The notes under the pieces are model-generated. The model searched no databases, was not told where the DNA came from, and saw only the letters and a list, made by a program, of their open reading frames with translations. A program made the translations under genes and the position numbers. DNA of 52,376 nucleotides from a virus (Duplodnaviria; Caudoviricetes), in IMG/VR virus record IMGVR_UViG_3300002219_000849, positions 1-52,376 of that record; one strand, given 5' to 3'. This document shows, in pieces, positions 1-8,692 of the stretch (position 1 is its first letter; every line of letters begins with the position of its first letter).

Positions 1-600
1 ATGAACAACCAACTTAAAACTGATATTGATTTTAATAATCTATTTATCAGTGAGAATTTAAAACGACTTAGACTTCTTAATAATTTGTCAACTGTCCAAA
101 TAGGTAAGGTTATCAATAAATCTAGACAAGGATATGTCAATTATGAAAATGGATCTCGTGAGATATCGATTCATGATCTCATTACATTGTCCGGATTTTA
201 TAATGTCAATGTTGATGAACTCATTGGCAATCCATACAGCAATAGAAACGATAAAAGACTGACCTTTCGGTCGTTTGAATATTTGAACAATGTAATTGAA
301 CCCTCCCAACAGATGGTATTATCTACCATAAATGATGACGTAATTGTTGTTAAAAAGAACGAACTTGAAATTGATTTTTACTGGCGCACACAAACGAATC
401 AACACAATCATGTGATGCTCTTTGAATATTATGACAAAACATATACTTCGAAAGTGTTTTTAAATAAAGATAAAGGTGGAATTTTCTTCATCAATGATGA
501 GCCTAAGTATTTTACAAAAGCAAATGCAGAAAACATGCTCTTTAAAGGAGTCTACATGGCTACATTGAATAAGAATTTTGTAATTGAAAACTTCTTCTAA
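1..600 (+). CDS. XRE-family HTH transcriptional regulator (repressor-like)
   Basis: N-terminal XRE HTH (NLKRLRLLNNLST..SRQGYVNYENGSREI); full-length paralogue of 48350-48946. Confidence 0.85.
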   Translation: MNNQLKTDIDFNNLFISENLKRLRLLNNLSTVQIGKVINKSRQGYVNYENGSREISIHDLITLSGFYNVNVDELIGNPYSNRNDKRLTFRSFEYLNNVIEPSQQMVLSTINDDVIVVKKNELEIDFYWRTQTNQHNHVMLFEYYDKTYTSKVFLNKDKGGIFFINDEPKYFTKANAENMLFKGVYMATLNKNFVIENFF

Positions 601-604
601 TTTT

Positions 605-649
605 TTATGCAACGGGCATATAGTTTTAACATGTCTATTATGCTAAACT
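605..649 (+). promoter_or_regulatory. Promoter TAGTTT-N17-TAAACT with upstream TGCCACTGGCA-like box
   Basis: 15/19 match to the 19-mer at 48961-48979, with the same -35/-10 spacing. Confidence 0.55.
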
Positions 650-715
650 ATGTGTGGTAAATCAGATAAACATTGTCATATCTTTTTTCTTACAGATGAC
701 AAGAATCCTTTCGGT

Positions 716-740
716 GGAATTGCTTAGGCAGTTCCTTTTT
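716..740 (+). terminator. Leader intrinsic terminator upstream of the SHOCT gene
   Basis: GGAATTGC-TTAG-GCAGTTCC followed by a T run; homologue at 49066-49093. Confidence 0.7.
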
Positions 741-773
741 CTTTGCATAAAAAAAGCGTCAAAAATCAATAGC

Positions 774-947
774 ATGAAAACAATTATAACAGATGAAATG
801 AAATATAAAATTTCAAAAACAATTATATTAAATTTGCTACAACAGCAGCTTATTACTGTTGATGAGTTTAATAAAGTTTTATACGCCCTAGCAAAAATAT
901 ACAACGTGACAGATCATAATACTCAAAGCAACACTATAGATGCTTAA
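774..947 (+). CDS. Small SHOCT-like protein upstream of the LSR (candidate recombination accessory factor)
   Basis: MKTIITDEMKY..LLQQQLITVDEFNKV; paralogue at 49120-49302; ATG at 774 chosen by homology. Confidence 0.7.
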   Translation: MKTIITDEMKYKISKTIILNLLQQQLITVDEFNKVLYALAKIYNVTDHNTQSNTIDA

Positions 948-948
948 T

Positions 949-977
949 GACTTGCTATTAATTGCTTTTAGAGTGAT
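949..977 (+). promoter_or_regulatory. CTTGMTAT-N8-TTTAGAGTGAT promoter motif, copy 1
   Basis: Four copies in the window, each just upstream of an RBS and start codon. Confidence 0.7.
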
Positions 978-1006
978 TAATGTAAGTACGAAAGGAGTTC
1001 AAAATT

Positions 1007-2731
1007 ATGCAAAATAAAACTGTAAGAATTATACAACCAAAAGTTCATGTCAACCTAGACGATTTATCAAGACCCATATTAAAGAAGCGTGTCTGTGCAT
1101 ACGTCAGAGTATCAACAGACAATCTAGAGCAAAAAACAAGTTATGAAGCACAAAGAGAGGAATATACCAAAAGAATATCGGAAAATCCTGACTGGGAATT
1201 CTGTGGGATCTATGCTGATGAAGGCATATCAGGAACAAGCACAAAGAATAGAAAACAATTCAACTTGATGATAGCAAGAGCAAAGAAAGGTGAACTTGAT
1301 ATCATCTTAACAAAGTCCATATCACGCTTTGCAAGAAATACAGTTGATGCGCTCAACTTCATTAGAGAGTTACGTAAAGTTAAAGTTGAGATTTTCTTCG
1401 AAAAAGAGAATTTAAGCTCAATTGATCCTAAAGTCGAGTTCTTCTTCACGATGATGGCATCCATGGCTCAGGAAGAGGCAAGAAACGTTTCAGAGAACGT
1501 TAAGTGGAATGTCCAAAGAAGATTTAGAGAAGGTGTTCCGATAATTAATCATGCTAGGTTCTTAGGATACACAAAAGAAAAGCGTGGTGGTAATTTGGTT
1601 ATAGAACCTAAAGAAGCTGAGATAGTTAAACTCATATTTAACTTGTACATTGGTGGCTTAGGTCCTTCTGCTATTGCAGAAAGAATGATGGAACTTAAGT
1701 ATAAAACAGGTGCTGGTAAAAGCCTATGGCGGGTATCGACTGTAGCTTCAGTATTAAAGAATGAAAAGTACATGGGTAACATGCTGCAGCAAAAAACTGT
1801 CAGTACCGATTATTTAAATCATACAAGGGTAAAAAACAAAAATCACGCACCAACATACTATACCGAAAACAGTCATGATGCAATTATTAATAAAGAAACA
1901 TTTGACTTAGCACAACACATCAGAAAAGAACGTGCTCAAGTCAGAGTCGGTGAAAACAAGAACTTATCAAAATATACAAACAAGTATCCATTTTCTGCGA
2001 TGATCATCTGTAGCGAATGTGGTAGAACCCTAAAGAGACGTTATTGGAATTATGGTTCAAAGTCTCAAAGAGTGATGCAACAATGCGGAAACTACATTGA
2101 TGGAAAAGCACACTGCAATGCCAAGGCGAGTTACCAGGAAGTCTTAGAAGGCACAACGATTCAAATGTTGAATGAAGTATTCTTAAAAGATTTAAACATC
2201 ATGGATACAATAAAAAACGTCATCAAATCTACACTTGTTATGGATGACTTACAAAATGAGATTGATGGGATGAATCTGGAACTTCAGGAAACAGAAAACA
2301 TGCTATCAAACTTAATCGACACGAGAGTAAAAACTCCAGGATTTAGCGAATCGATCTTTACCAACAAATATAACGAATACACGAGTAAAATGAATTATCT
2401 ATCAAAAGAGATATCAAAACTTGAACTTGAACTTGAACATGTTAAAACTTTTGATACAAAACAAAGACTCGATACAATCAACACTTTGCTTAAGAATAGA
2501 GATTTAGTCATTGACACGCTAGATTCAGATATCCTTGGATCATTTATCTACAAGATGATTTCGGTTAATCCTGGAGAAGTTGTATTCTGTGTCGCAGGGA
2601 CAAAGAATTATTCAGATACTGAGTTTTCTGATAATAGAAAAAAGTTTTTAAAACTTAAGCCAATCTATACCGGTGCTTATTACAATAAGAAATATGATAA
2701 ATCGATGGATTATAGAGTAGTAATTATCTAA
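1007..2731 (+). CDS. Large serine recombinase (resolvase + recombinase + Zn-ribbon domains)
   Basis: CAYVRVST catalytic Ser motif, YADEGISGT, KSISRFARN, CSECG zinc ribbon, coiled coil. Confidence 0.95.
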   Translation: MQNKTVRIIQPKVHVNLDDLSRPILKKRVCAYVRVSTDNLEQKTSYEAQREEYTKRISENPDWEFCGIYADEGISGTSTKNRKQFNLMIARAKKGELDIILTKSISRFARNTVDALNFIRELRKVKVEIFFEKENLSSIDPKVEFFFTMMASMAQEEARNVSENVKWNVQRRFREGVPIINHARFLGYTKEKRGGNLVIEPKEAEIVKLIFNLYIGGLGPSAIAERMMELKYKTGAGKSLWRVSTVASVLKNEKYMGNMLQQKTVSTDYLNHTRVKNKNHAPTYYTENSHDAIINKETFDLAQHIRKERAQVRVGENKNLSKYTNKYPFSAMIICSECGRTLKRRYWNYGSKSQRVMQQCGNYIDGKAHCNAKASYQEVLEGTTIQMLNEVFLKDLNIMDTIKNVIKSTLVMDDLQNEIDGMNLELQETENMLSNLIDTRVKTPGFSESIFTNKYNEYTSKMNYLSKEISKLELELEHVKTFDTKQRLDTINTLLKNRDLVIDTLDSDILGSFIYKMISVNPGEVVFCVAGTKNYSDTEFSDNRKKFLKLKPIYTGAYYNKKYDKSMDYRVVII

Positions 2732-2778
2732 CATGTTGCCACATACAAGATTTAAAAAATCATCACTATATGTAAGTA

Positions 2779-2822
2779 AAAAGAAGCTAAATCACCTTGA
2801 TAAAGTAGGATAGCTTCTTTTT
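2779..2822. terminator. Bidirectional terminator-like hairpin after LSR1
   Basis: AAAAAGAAGCTA...TAGCTTCTTTTT inverted repeat. Confidence 0.6.
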
Positions 2823-3073
2823 AATTTTTATTACATTTATTTAAAAAACATATGACAATATATAGAAAAAAGGACTAACCAGTCCACAACCTTGTTTGTG
2901 AAAACATAAAGTGTATTTGAGCGCTTTATATAGCAATTTATTAACTTTAAAACTAACGAAAAACATAAAAAATATGTTCCCCCTAACAAACCTCGACTAT
3001 TATTTTTACTATAAATCGCTTAAAAATATGTTGTCACAATAGTTTCGACATGTTCCCACATTGTATCGAAAAC

Positions 3074-3118
3074 AAAAAAAGAAGCGTTTTATACCATTTT
3101 AAGGTAAGAACGCTTCTT
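3074..3118 (-). terminator. Terminator downstream of the rlmD-like 3' replacement
   Basis: GAAGCGTT..AACGCTTC stem preceded by an A7 run (U run on minus strand). Confidence 0.6.
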
Positions 3119-3141
3119 GATTAATTATTACTATGGCTTAA

Positions 3142-3186
3142 CTACGCGGTTTTTAATGAAAGCAATGTGATAGTCTCAACGTGCGT
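3142..3186 (-). pseudogene. rlmD: 3' fragment resembling 23S rRNA m5U methyltransferase (RlmD/RumA), carried in the att arm
   Basis: Minus strand translates THVETITLLSLKTA*, matching the RlmD C-terminal motif (T-x-HVETxxLL). Confidence 0.65.
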
Positions 3187-3325
3187 GCAGTTACTCCCAT
3201 TGCTCGAAAATATGCCAAATAATATGTGTCGGAAACATATTTTTAGGCATTTTATGTTCCCCCATTCCAGACTTCTTTAACATCGGAAACATATTATACC
3301 CGAAAATTTGTTTTATCATCAAACT
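3150..3325. repeat. att-like site 1 plus arm (direct repeat with 6189-6364)
   Basis: AGCAATG(3161)...ACG[TG]CGT...CATTGCT(3204), symmetric about 3182/3183; ~175 bp homologous to the second copy. Confidence 0.8.
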
Positions 3326-3327
3326 CA

Positions 3328-4197
3328 TTATGCCAACTTTATGAAAATAGACCCATTTTTATAGTTTTCAATAAATGATTGATAGTAGTGTTTAACTTCA
3401 TCTATACTGAAAGAAATTACTTCATTAAAATCGATATATTTACATATGTGTTGAATCAGTTTGGCACCTAAATAATAACCGGCGTCTGAATGATTGTTAT
3501 ACAAAGCCCAATCACCAAAGTATCGCTGATTTTGAATATTCATTGTTTCTATGTCTTTTATAAAATCTTTCTTTAACTGGACTAAATGATGATCATAGTA
3601 CTTCTTCCATTTTCCATCATCTTGATGAAAGTATGAAAAATCTCCAACAAGCATTTGTTCGAAGTACATTGCAACCCCTTCAGTAAATAATTGCCATAAG
3701 AATTGATCACTTAAGTTATTAAACGTTCGTTCTAGAATACCGAATTGCTTTTGATATACATGACCCAATTCATGATAAATTAATCCAATCATTTGGTTCA
3801 TATTGTCCCAGTTTAGTTCGATTATTTTTTCAATTCCAAGTAATACCTTTGTTTGACCATTAATATCAGTCACCCATCCAGCTCCGTTACATAAGCCAAG
3901 ATATAAAATGATTTCTACATCTAAGGATCTGTGAAAATGGCTGATTATATTTGATTCAAGGTTTTGTGTAATTTGATCGAATATTTCTCCGACTTTAACA
4001 ATTCTACTTATATTCAAGAAAACATTATTAAGAATAGGAAGACATTTTGAATTGAAATCATAATCCTTGATATCTTCTAGAAACATCGATGAAGCATTAG
4101 GAATTACCGGTTCTATATAACTCTTCCATTTCTCAATAGAAAAAGATCCGTTAACATAAATTTTTTCAATTTGCTCAATCGCTTTATATGTTCTCAT
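3328..4197 (-). CDS. Putative Zn-dependent metalloprotease-like protein (DUF2268-like)
   Basis: HELGH zincin motif, downstream TEGVA and AGYYLG; AAAGGAG RBS favours ATG at 4197. Confidence 0.65.
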   Translation of the reverse strand: MRTYKAIEQIEKIYVNGSFSIEKWKSYIEPVIPNASSMFLEDIKDYDFNSKCLPILNNVFLNISRIVKVGEIFDQITQNLESNIISHFHRSLDVEIILYLGLCNGAGWVTDINGQTKVLLGIEKIIELNWDNMNQMIGLIYHELGHVYQKQFGILERTFNNLSDQFLWQLFTEGVAMYFEQMLVGDFSYFHQDDGKWKKYYDHHLVQLKKDFIKDIETMNIQNQRYFGDWALYNNHSDAGYYLGAKLIQHICKYIDFNEVISFSIDEVKHYYQSFIENYKNGSIFIKLA

Positions 4198-4309
4198 ACA
4201 TACTCCTTTCAATATGGCATACTCCGATATCGTCAAACACGTTAAGTATTAGATCGTTGTATATTTGTGCATCACTCCAATTTAGTACTAAAAAATAGCG
4301 ACTTCATTT

Positions 4310-5614
4310 TTAGTCTTTCAAACAACCAATGGGTACAATCTTCACGCCATCATCTCGCGTATATGCAAGTTCTCCACCGGTTATGACCATCAAGAAATCA
4401 GGTTCTCTTAGTTTGGGAGAGGATTCTTCGAGATTGTAATGCTTAATTAATAAAGAGAGTTTTAATAAATGCTTTGCAGCGTCTTCGATATCCTTGTTCC
4501 CAAGTTTATATTCAATGAGTGCATATCTTCCATCACGTAACCTTAATACTCCATCCGCTTCTAGTCCATAGCGATCATGATAATATGATAACTCAGAGCC
4601 CATGGTTTGTGAATACACTTTTAAATCGCGATTGCATAAGCTTTCGAAAATAAACCCAAATGTATGCAAATCTTGCATGAGCATCTCAGGGGTTAATCGT
4701 AAAGCCGCCACCGCGATAGAGGGGTCAATAAAGCCTTTTTTATTACTAGATCTGATGGTGGTTGCAGATCTGATGGCGGGATTCCAAGCAGGAATATCAT
4801 CGATAACAAAGACTCTATTCAAAGCATTGATATACACATAGAACGTCGATTCAACAATCTCAGTAGAATTGGCATTCATATCTCTTAATATCGTCTTATT
4901 GGTGGCTAATGTAGAAATATTTCTTGCGTACGATTGTAATAATGCCCGAACGCGCTTTGGATCCTTCTTCACTCCATCGACTGTTGAAACATCGGTTTCA
5001 CAGATGGTATCCACATAGGATTGTGCAACAAACAAACTTGCTTTATCACTTTTTTTACCTAGTGTCGATGGCCATCCACCTCTGCATGCAGAAAAAATTA
5101 ATCGTTCAATCGATAGATCAGATTGAATTCCATCGATGTTGAGATTTGTGTTATCAAACAAACTTTTAATGGAAATTTTGCCGTTCGATTCCCTTGATTC
5201 ATACAGACTCATTGGACGCATCATCAAACGAGAAATGCGACCAACACCGGAATGCATGATTTGAGAATCGTCAATAGTCGTTGAACCTGTTAGAATGAAC
5301 TGTCCTTCTGCTGAACGATCATCAACAACTGTTCTCACTGCATCCCAAAGCACTGGTGCAATTTGCCATTCATCAATCAATCTTGGAGTATCGCCAATCA
5401 AAAGTAGTGACGGTTTAGTCCGTGCCGTAGCGAGATATGCTTCTGTTTTATCAGGATCTTGCATCCTCAACACACTCTTTGCCTCTTGCATCGCTGTGGT
5501 CGTCTTGCCACACCACTTTGGTCCGACAATCAAAACAGCTCCCATAGCATCAAGATGGTCTTTTAACTCTGAATCAATAATTCTTTTATAATATTCCGTT
5601 GTCATTTGTTTCAA
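4310..5614 (-). CDS. AAA_14 ATPase with DUF4143 C-terminal domain
   Basis: Walker A GPKWCGKTT, LIDEWQ Walker B, FILTGS, GGWP, C-terminal EADG..LIEYK nuclease-like motif. Confidence 0.9.
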   Translation of the reverse strand: MKQMTTEYYKRIIDSELKDHLDAMGAVLIVGPKWCGKTTTAMQEAKSVLRMQDPDKTEAYLATARTKPSLLLIGDTPRLIDEWQIAPVLWDAVRTVVDDRSAEGQFILTGSTTIDDSQIMHSGVGRISRLMMRPMSLYESRESNGKISIKSLFDNTNLNIDGIQSDLSIERLIFSACRGGWPSTLGKKSDKASLFVAQSYVDTICETDVSTVDGVKKDPKRVRALLQSYARNISTLATNKTILRDMNANSTEIVESTFYVYINALNRVFVIDDIPAWNPAIRSATTIRSSNKKGFIDPSIAVAALRLTPEMLMQDLHTFGFIFESLCNRDLKVYSQTMGSELSYYHDRYGLEADGVLRLRDGRYALIEYKLGNKDIEDAAKHLLKLSLLIKHYNLEESSPKLREPDFLMVITGGELAYTRDDGVKIVPIGCLKD

Positions 5615-5661
5615 CTCTTTGTCTTCATATTATCTTATTTCCTTTCGAATGTCAATCGCAA

Positions 5662-5890
5662 TCGGTGTTTTTTGATTATTAATGACGGAGTACTTTGACA
5701 ATTATAAACGGAGTACTTTGTGATGAAATGCATAAGAATATCATTCAATAATCTTAATAACCTATATCCTTGTGTATTTGATAAAACTCAACTGAAGTAA
5801 ATCGGATAATTACAAAGTACACTTGTTTGTTATCATTGTGCATTTTTTGCTAATGTAATTGTGCATTATATCATGTTAATGTTGTGCAAC
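5662..5890. repeat. Degenerate 23-bp-period direct repeats
   Basis: ACGGAGTACTTTG at 5685 and 5708 (degenerate copy at 5662); TTGTGCA at 5836, 5859 and 5882. Confidence 0.6.
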
Positions 5891-6072
5891 TTGTCAGTAT
5901 TTCAAAAATGCTTTTTGATAGTGATAGAGGACCACTATTGGGAACCAATCCAGGATGATATCTAATTATCTTAGAAATAAATGTGTTTCCACTCACGAGG
6001 ATGGCCTCTGTTTTCGTTGCTTTTTTTGGCTATACTATGTTTCCACAAGGGACAAAATTTGCTCATTTAGAG

Positions 6073-6113
6073 AAAAAAAGCCATCTGACCCTTATTGAAG
6101 GTATCTGATGGCT
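6073..6113 (-). terminator. Hairpin/terminator homologous to 51121-51160
   Basis: AAAAAAAGCCATC...GATGGCT. Confidence 0.6.
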
Positions 6114-6186
6114 GTCTTTATTGGATTCGTTAGATTTTGTTTGATTTAAAAACGTTGTCAAGTATGTGTCAAGTATATAACAAGCG

Positions 6187-6225
6187 CTATTTTAATGAAA
6201 GCAATGATATCGTTTCAACGTGCGT
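6187..6225 (-). pseudogene. rlmD: Second rlmD-like 3' fragment in an att arm
   Basis: Minus strand translates THVETISLLSLK*. Confidence 0.65.
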
Positions 6226-6364
6226 TGAGTTACTGCCATTGCTAGCAAAAATGCAGAATATTGTGCGTGGGAAACATATTTTTCGCCATTTTATGTTCCC
6301 ATTTACAAGACTTTTCGAACATGAGAAACATATTTAACTCAAAAACTAGTTTTTCTTCATACTA
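6189..6364. repeat. att-like site 2 plus arm; left boundary of the prophage
   Basis: AGCAATG(6200)...TCAACG[TG]CGTTGA...CATTGCT(6243), symmetric about 6221/6222. Confidence 0.8.
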
Positions 6365-6394
6365 TCTAGGTCCACTTAATCAACACAGTCTAGA

Positions 6395-6787
6395 TTATTT
6401 TTTTTGAAGATTGTTTTTATGACGTTGTTCATCTTTCGATAAGGAAATTCTTATCAGTGAAATTAATAAAATGGGCAAATTCAAAAATAATAGAATGGCA
6501 CAAAGAACCCACAATACATGTACCTGTGTAATAAGATGTAAAACTAAAGTGGTTACTCCTAATACATTTACTGCATAAAATAACAAAATCATGATAAAAG
6601 AAAACTCAGAGATTGATTTATCTTTTTTCATCCACTTAAAGAATAAAACGTTGGCTTTTTTAAGTTCGATAAATTTGACTTTTCTTATATTTGACTTTTC
6701 TAAAAATCTCAACTCTCTATCGATAAACGAAAGAAATACAAATGTTATTACTGCAAGTATATATAATCCTATTAATAATTCATACAT
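6395..6787 (-). CDS. Hypothetical membrane protein (~3 TM)
   Basis: Three hydrophobic segments; GAGGTG RBS. Confidence 0.7.
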   Translation of the reverse strand: MYELLIGLYILAVITFVFLSFIDRELRFLEKSNIRKVKFIELKKANVLFFKWMKKDKSISEFSFIMILLFYAVNVLGVTTLVLHLITQVHVLWVLCAILLFLNLPILLISLIRISLSKDEQRHKNNLQKK

Positions 6788-6887
6788 TGATCCAACACCT
6801 CTTCACTTTTAAGACATTGCTTGTACTATCAAGTACAAATGATTCAATCAACTTTTTATATCATAAGCTGAAAACAATTGACTAGTA

Positions 6888-7208
6888 TTAACTATTTTTA
6901 TGATAATTCAGCTCAATAATGATCATTTTTTCCCAAACTTCTTTGAGTGTGAGTTTCCCTTTTCGACCAAAATTAAACATCTTCAATTCTTCTTTGAATT
7001 TCCTATAAAAACTAATGCTTTCGGTTAAGTCAGTTACAAGATCCACACGGATAATGACGGCCTCATTTCCATTGCTCAATTTATCAACTATTCTTTTAAT
7101 AATACAATTGTTATAATGCGAATAACCCTCAACTGAGAATCTTATTAACTCAATACTTCCATTGTTAATTCCTGTAATAAACTCACTATAACTGATTTTA
7201 TCAACCAT
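6888..7208 (-). CDS. Hypothetical protein
   Basis: ORF; AAGGAG RBS favours ATG at 7208 (MVDKISY). Confidence 0.65.
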   Translation of the reverse strand: MVDKISYSEFITGINNGSIELIRFSVEGYSHYNNCIIKRIVDKLSNGNEAVIIRVDLVTDLTESISFYRKFKEELKMFNFGRKGKLTLKEVWEKMIIIELNYHKNS

Positions 7209-7278
7209 TATACTCTCCTTTTTCTTTAATAAAATTTTGATTGAATCAAATTTAACGAAACTGTTTGTTTGCATTGTT

Positions 7279-8043
7279 CTATCCTAGTTTAAAATACGCC
7301 TTCGATGGAATTGTGTTCACAAATCGAGGATCATCTTTATCATTCTTTGCTCTATTTAATTCATTAATAATAAAAGGTTTATAGAATGGATTAATCAGAT
7401 TTGATAAGTTAATGACATTTGCTGTTAAGCTATCACTAAATACATTATCCACAATGCATTCGTCAAAATCCTCATATACAAATAACATTCTGTGGTGACT
7501 TACAGCATTTCTAAGTCCCCTTACTGCTCGAAGATTAATCTCTAAATTTTCATTTCCATTAAATAGTATATACAAGTCATCTGGATTTAGTTTTTGAGTG
7601 AGTTGCATCAATTCATTAAAACCTAAATTTTCGAGTTCTTTTGATAAGTTACTACCATCTTCAACAGCATTGTATATCTTCATTGATAAGGATTTGATTT
7701 TATCCATTGAATTATAATGATTTGATATATATCCCCTAATCCCTTCTTCTAAAGCAGATAAGAACTTATATAGAATGTATCTTATTCGTTTATCATAAAC
7801 ATACATGTTTTGAACTTTTTTATATTCGATTTTTCCGTTGTCATCTAGACCAATGTAGTTCGCTAAAACAGCATGATATGCAACACCTTTTAAATCCAGA
7901 TATTGCTCACAACGTTCTAATTCATCTGGGTTATTAAAAATCATTCTTTTTATAAAGTCTGCTTTACTTATATGCAAAAGCAGCTTTTTATCTTTTTTCT
8001 CAGTTCCAATCATATCGATTGTATACATTATTGATAGCCTCAA
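7279..8043 (-). CDS. Abi_2 (AbiD/AbiF-like) HEPN-domain protein
   Basis: MYVYDKRIRYILYKFLSALEEGIR helix and LRNAVSHH RxxxxH motif; true start may be 8013 or 8028. Confidence 0.75.
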   Translation of the reverse strand: MRLSIMYTIDMIGTEKKDKKLLLHISKADFIKRMIFNNPDELERCEQYLDLKGVAYHAVLANYIGLDDNGKIEYKKVQNMYVYDKRIRYILYKFLSALEEGIRGYISNHYNSMDKIKSLSMKIYNAVEDGSNLSKELENLGFNELMQLTQKLNPDDLYILFNGNENLEINLRAVRGLRNAVSHHRMLFVYEDFDECIVDNVFSDSLTANVINLSNLINPFYKPFIINELNRAKNDKDDPRFVNTIPSKAYFKLG

Positions 8044-8659
8044 AGAACAAAGAGAAGGATTTCTTTTCTCTATCCTGATTATTATTTTTTATCTTCAAAT
8101 ACTCATCTTTTACTTCTTGCCATAATCCATTTGCTTTTAAGTTCGACAATTTATCTGAATGATTTTTAGCATATGGTCTCTTGTTCCAGATATACGTGTC
8201 ATCTTCTCTTTGCCAGATCAATATTTCCTGAATTGAGTCACCAACATCATCTACATAGTCATTAACTAAAGCAAAATCACAACTATGAACTATTCTACTG
8301 TTATCATGATCTATAAATTTGAAAGTCATGGATTGCTTTCCTGAAGAGACTGTTGAATACCCAGTACCTTGCAATATCATTTCAAGTTCGCGTTTTACTT
8401 TTAGTCTTAAGTCTTTAGCGGATAGATCTCCATCTTTTTGGATTCCCAAGTTATAATCGAAATCAAAACCAGTATTCCCGTTAATGACTCTAGTTACAAG
8501 ATGTTTACCACCACTGCCTACTAACTTGAAAGTGAATGTCACTCCAAATACACGCATAGAATCTTGAAGCGCATTAATGATTACTTCAACTTGATCTTTG
8601 ACAGGGTTCAATTCAGATTTTGGTACAAATTCATATGTTCTACCTGCATAGTCACTCAT
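8000..8659 (-). CDS. Pol-beta-fold nucleotidyltransferase
   Basis: LVGSG, FDFDYNL (DxD) and a third acidic residue in SCDFAL; GGAGG RBS; overlaps the Abi gene. Confidence 0.7.
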   Translation of the reverse strand: MSDYAGRTYEFVPKSELNPVKDQVEVIINALQDSMRVFGVTFTFKLVGSGGKHLVTRVINGNTGFDFDYNLGIQKDGDLSAKDLRLKVKRELEMILQGTGYSTVSSGKQSMTFKFIDHDNSRIVHSCDFALVNDYVDDVGDSIQEILIWQREDDTYIWNKRPYAKNHSDKLSNLKANGLWQEVKDEYLKIKNNNQDREKKSFSLFFEAINNVYNRYDWN

Positions 8660-8692
8660 AATTTTATCCTCCCTAACAGTCTATTAGATATT

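Larger units (their letters stand above)
1..3183. mobile_element. Right terminus of a sibling LSR-encoding element (probable prophage), truncated by the window edge
   Basis: HTH-SHOCT-LSR module syntenic and homologous with 48350-51078; ends at the att-like site centred on 3182/3183. Confidence 0.75.
3183..6222. mobile_element. ~3.0-kb recombinase-less att-flanked cassette (CIME-like)
   Basis: Bounded by two att-like cores; carries two cargo genes and no recombinase. Confidence 0.65.

Noticed and set aside
2419-2440. GAACTT tandem repeat in LSR1 (ELELEH)
   Set aside because: In-frame 6-bp duplication in a coiled coil that explains 574 vs 572 aa; likely neutral
5640-5900. Possible CRISPR array
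   Set aside because: Repeats are short and degenerate with a 23-bp period, lack unique 30-40 bp spacers, and no cas genes are present
6137-6337. 66-aa plus-strand ORF over att site 2
   Set aside because: Overlaps the att dyad and has no RBS; the coding signal is the minus-strand RlmD-like fragment
8000-8659. Calling the NTase a canonical CBASS cyclase
   Set aside because: Shorter than typical CD-NTases, with no SAVED/STING/patatin effector or Cap2/Cap3 nearby; kept as a generic NTase
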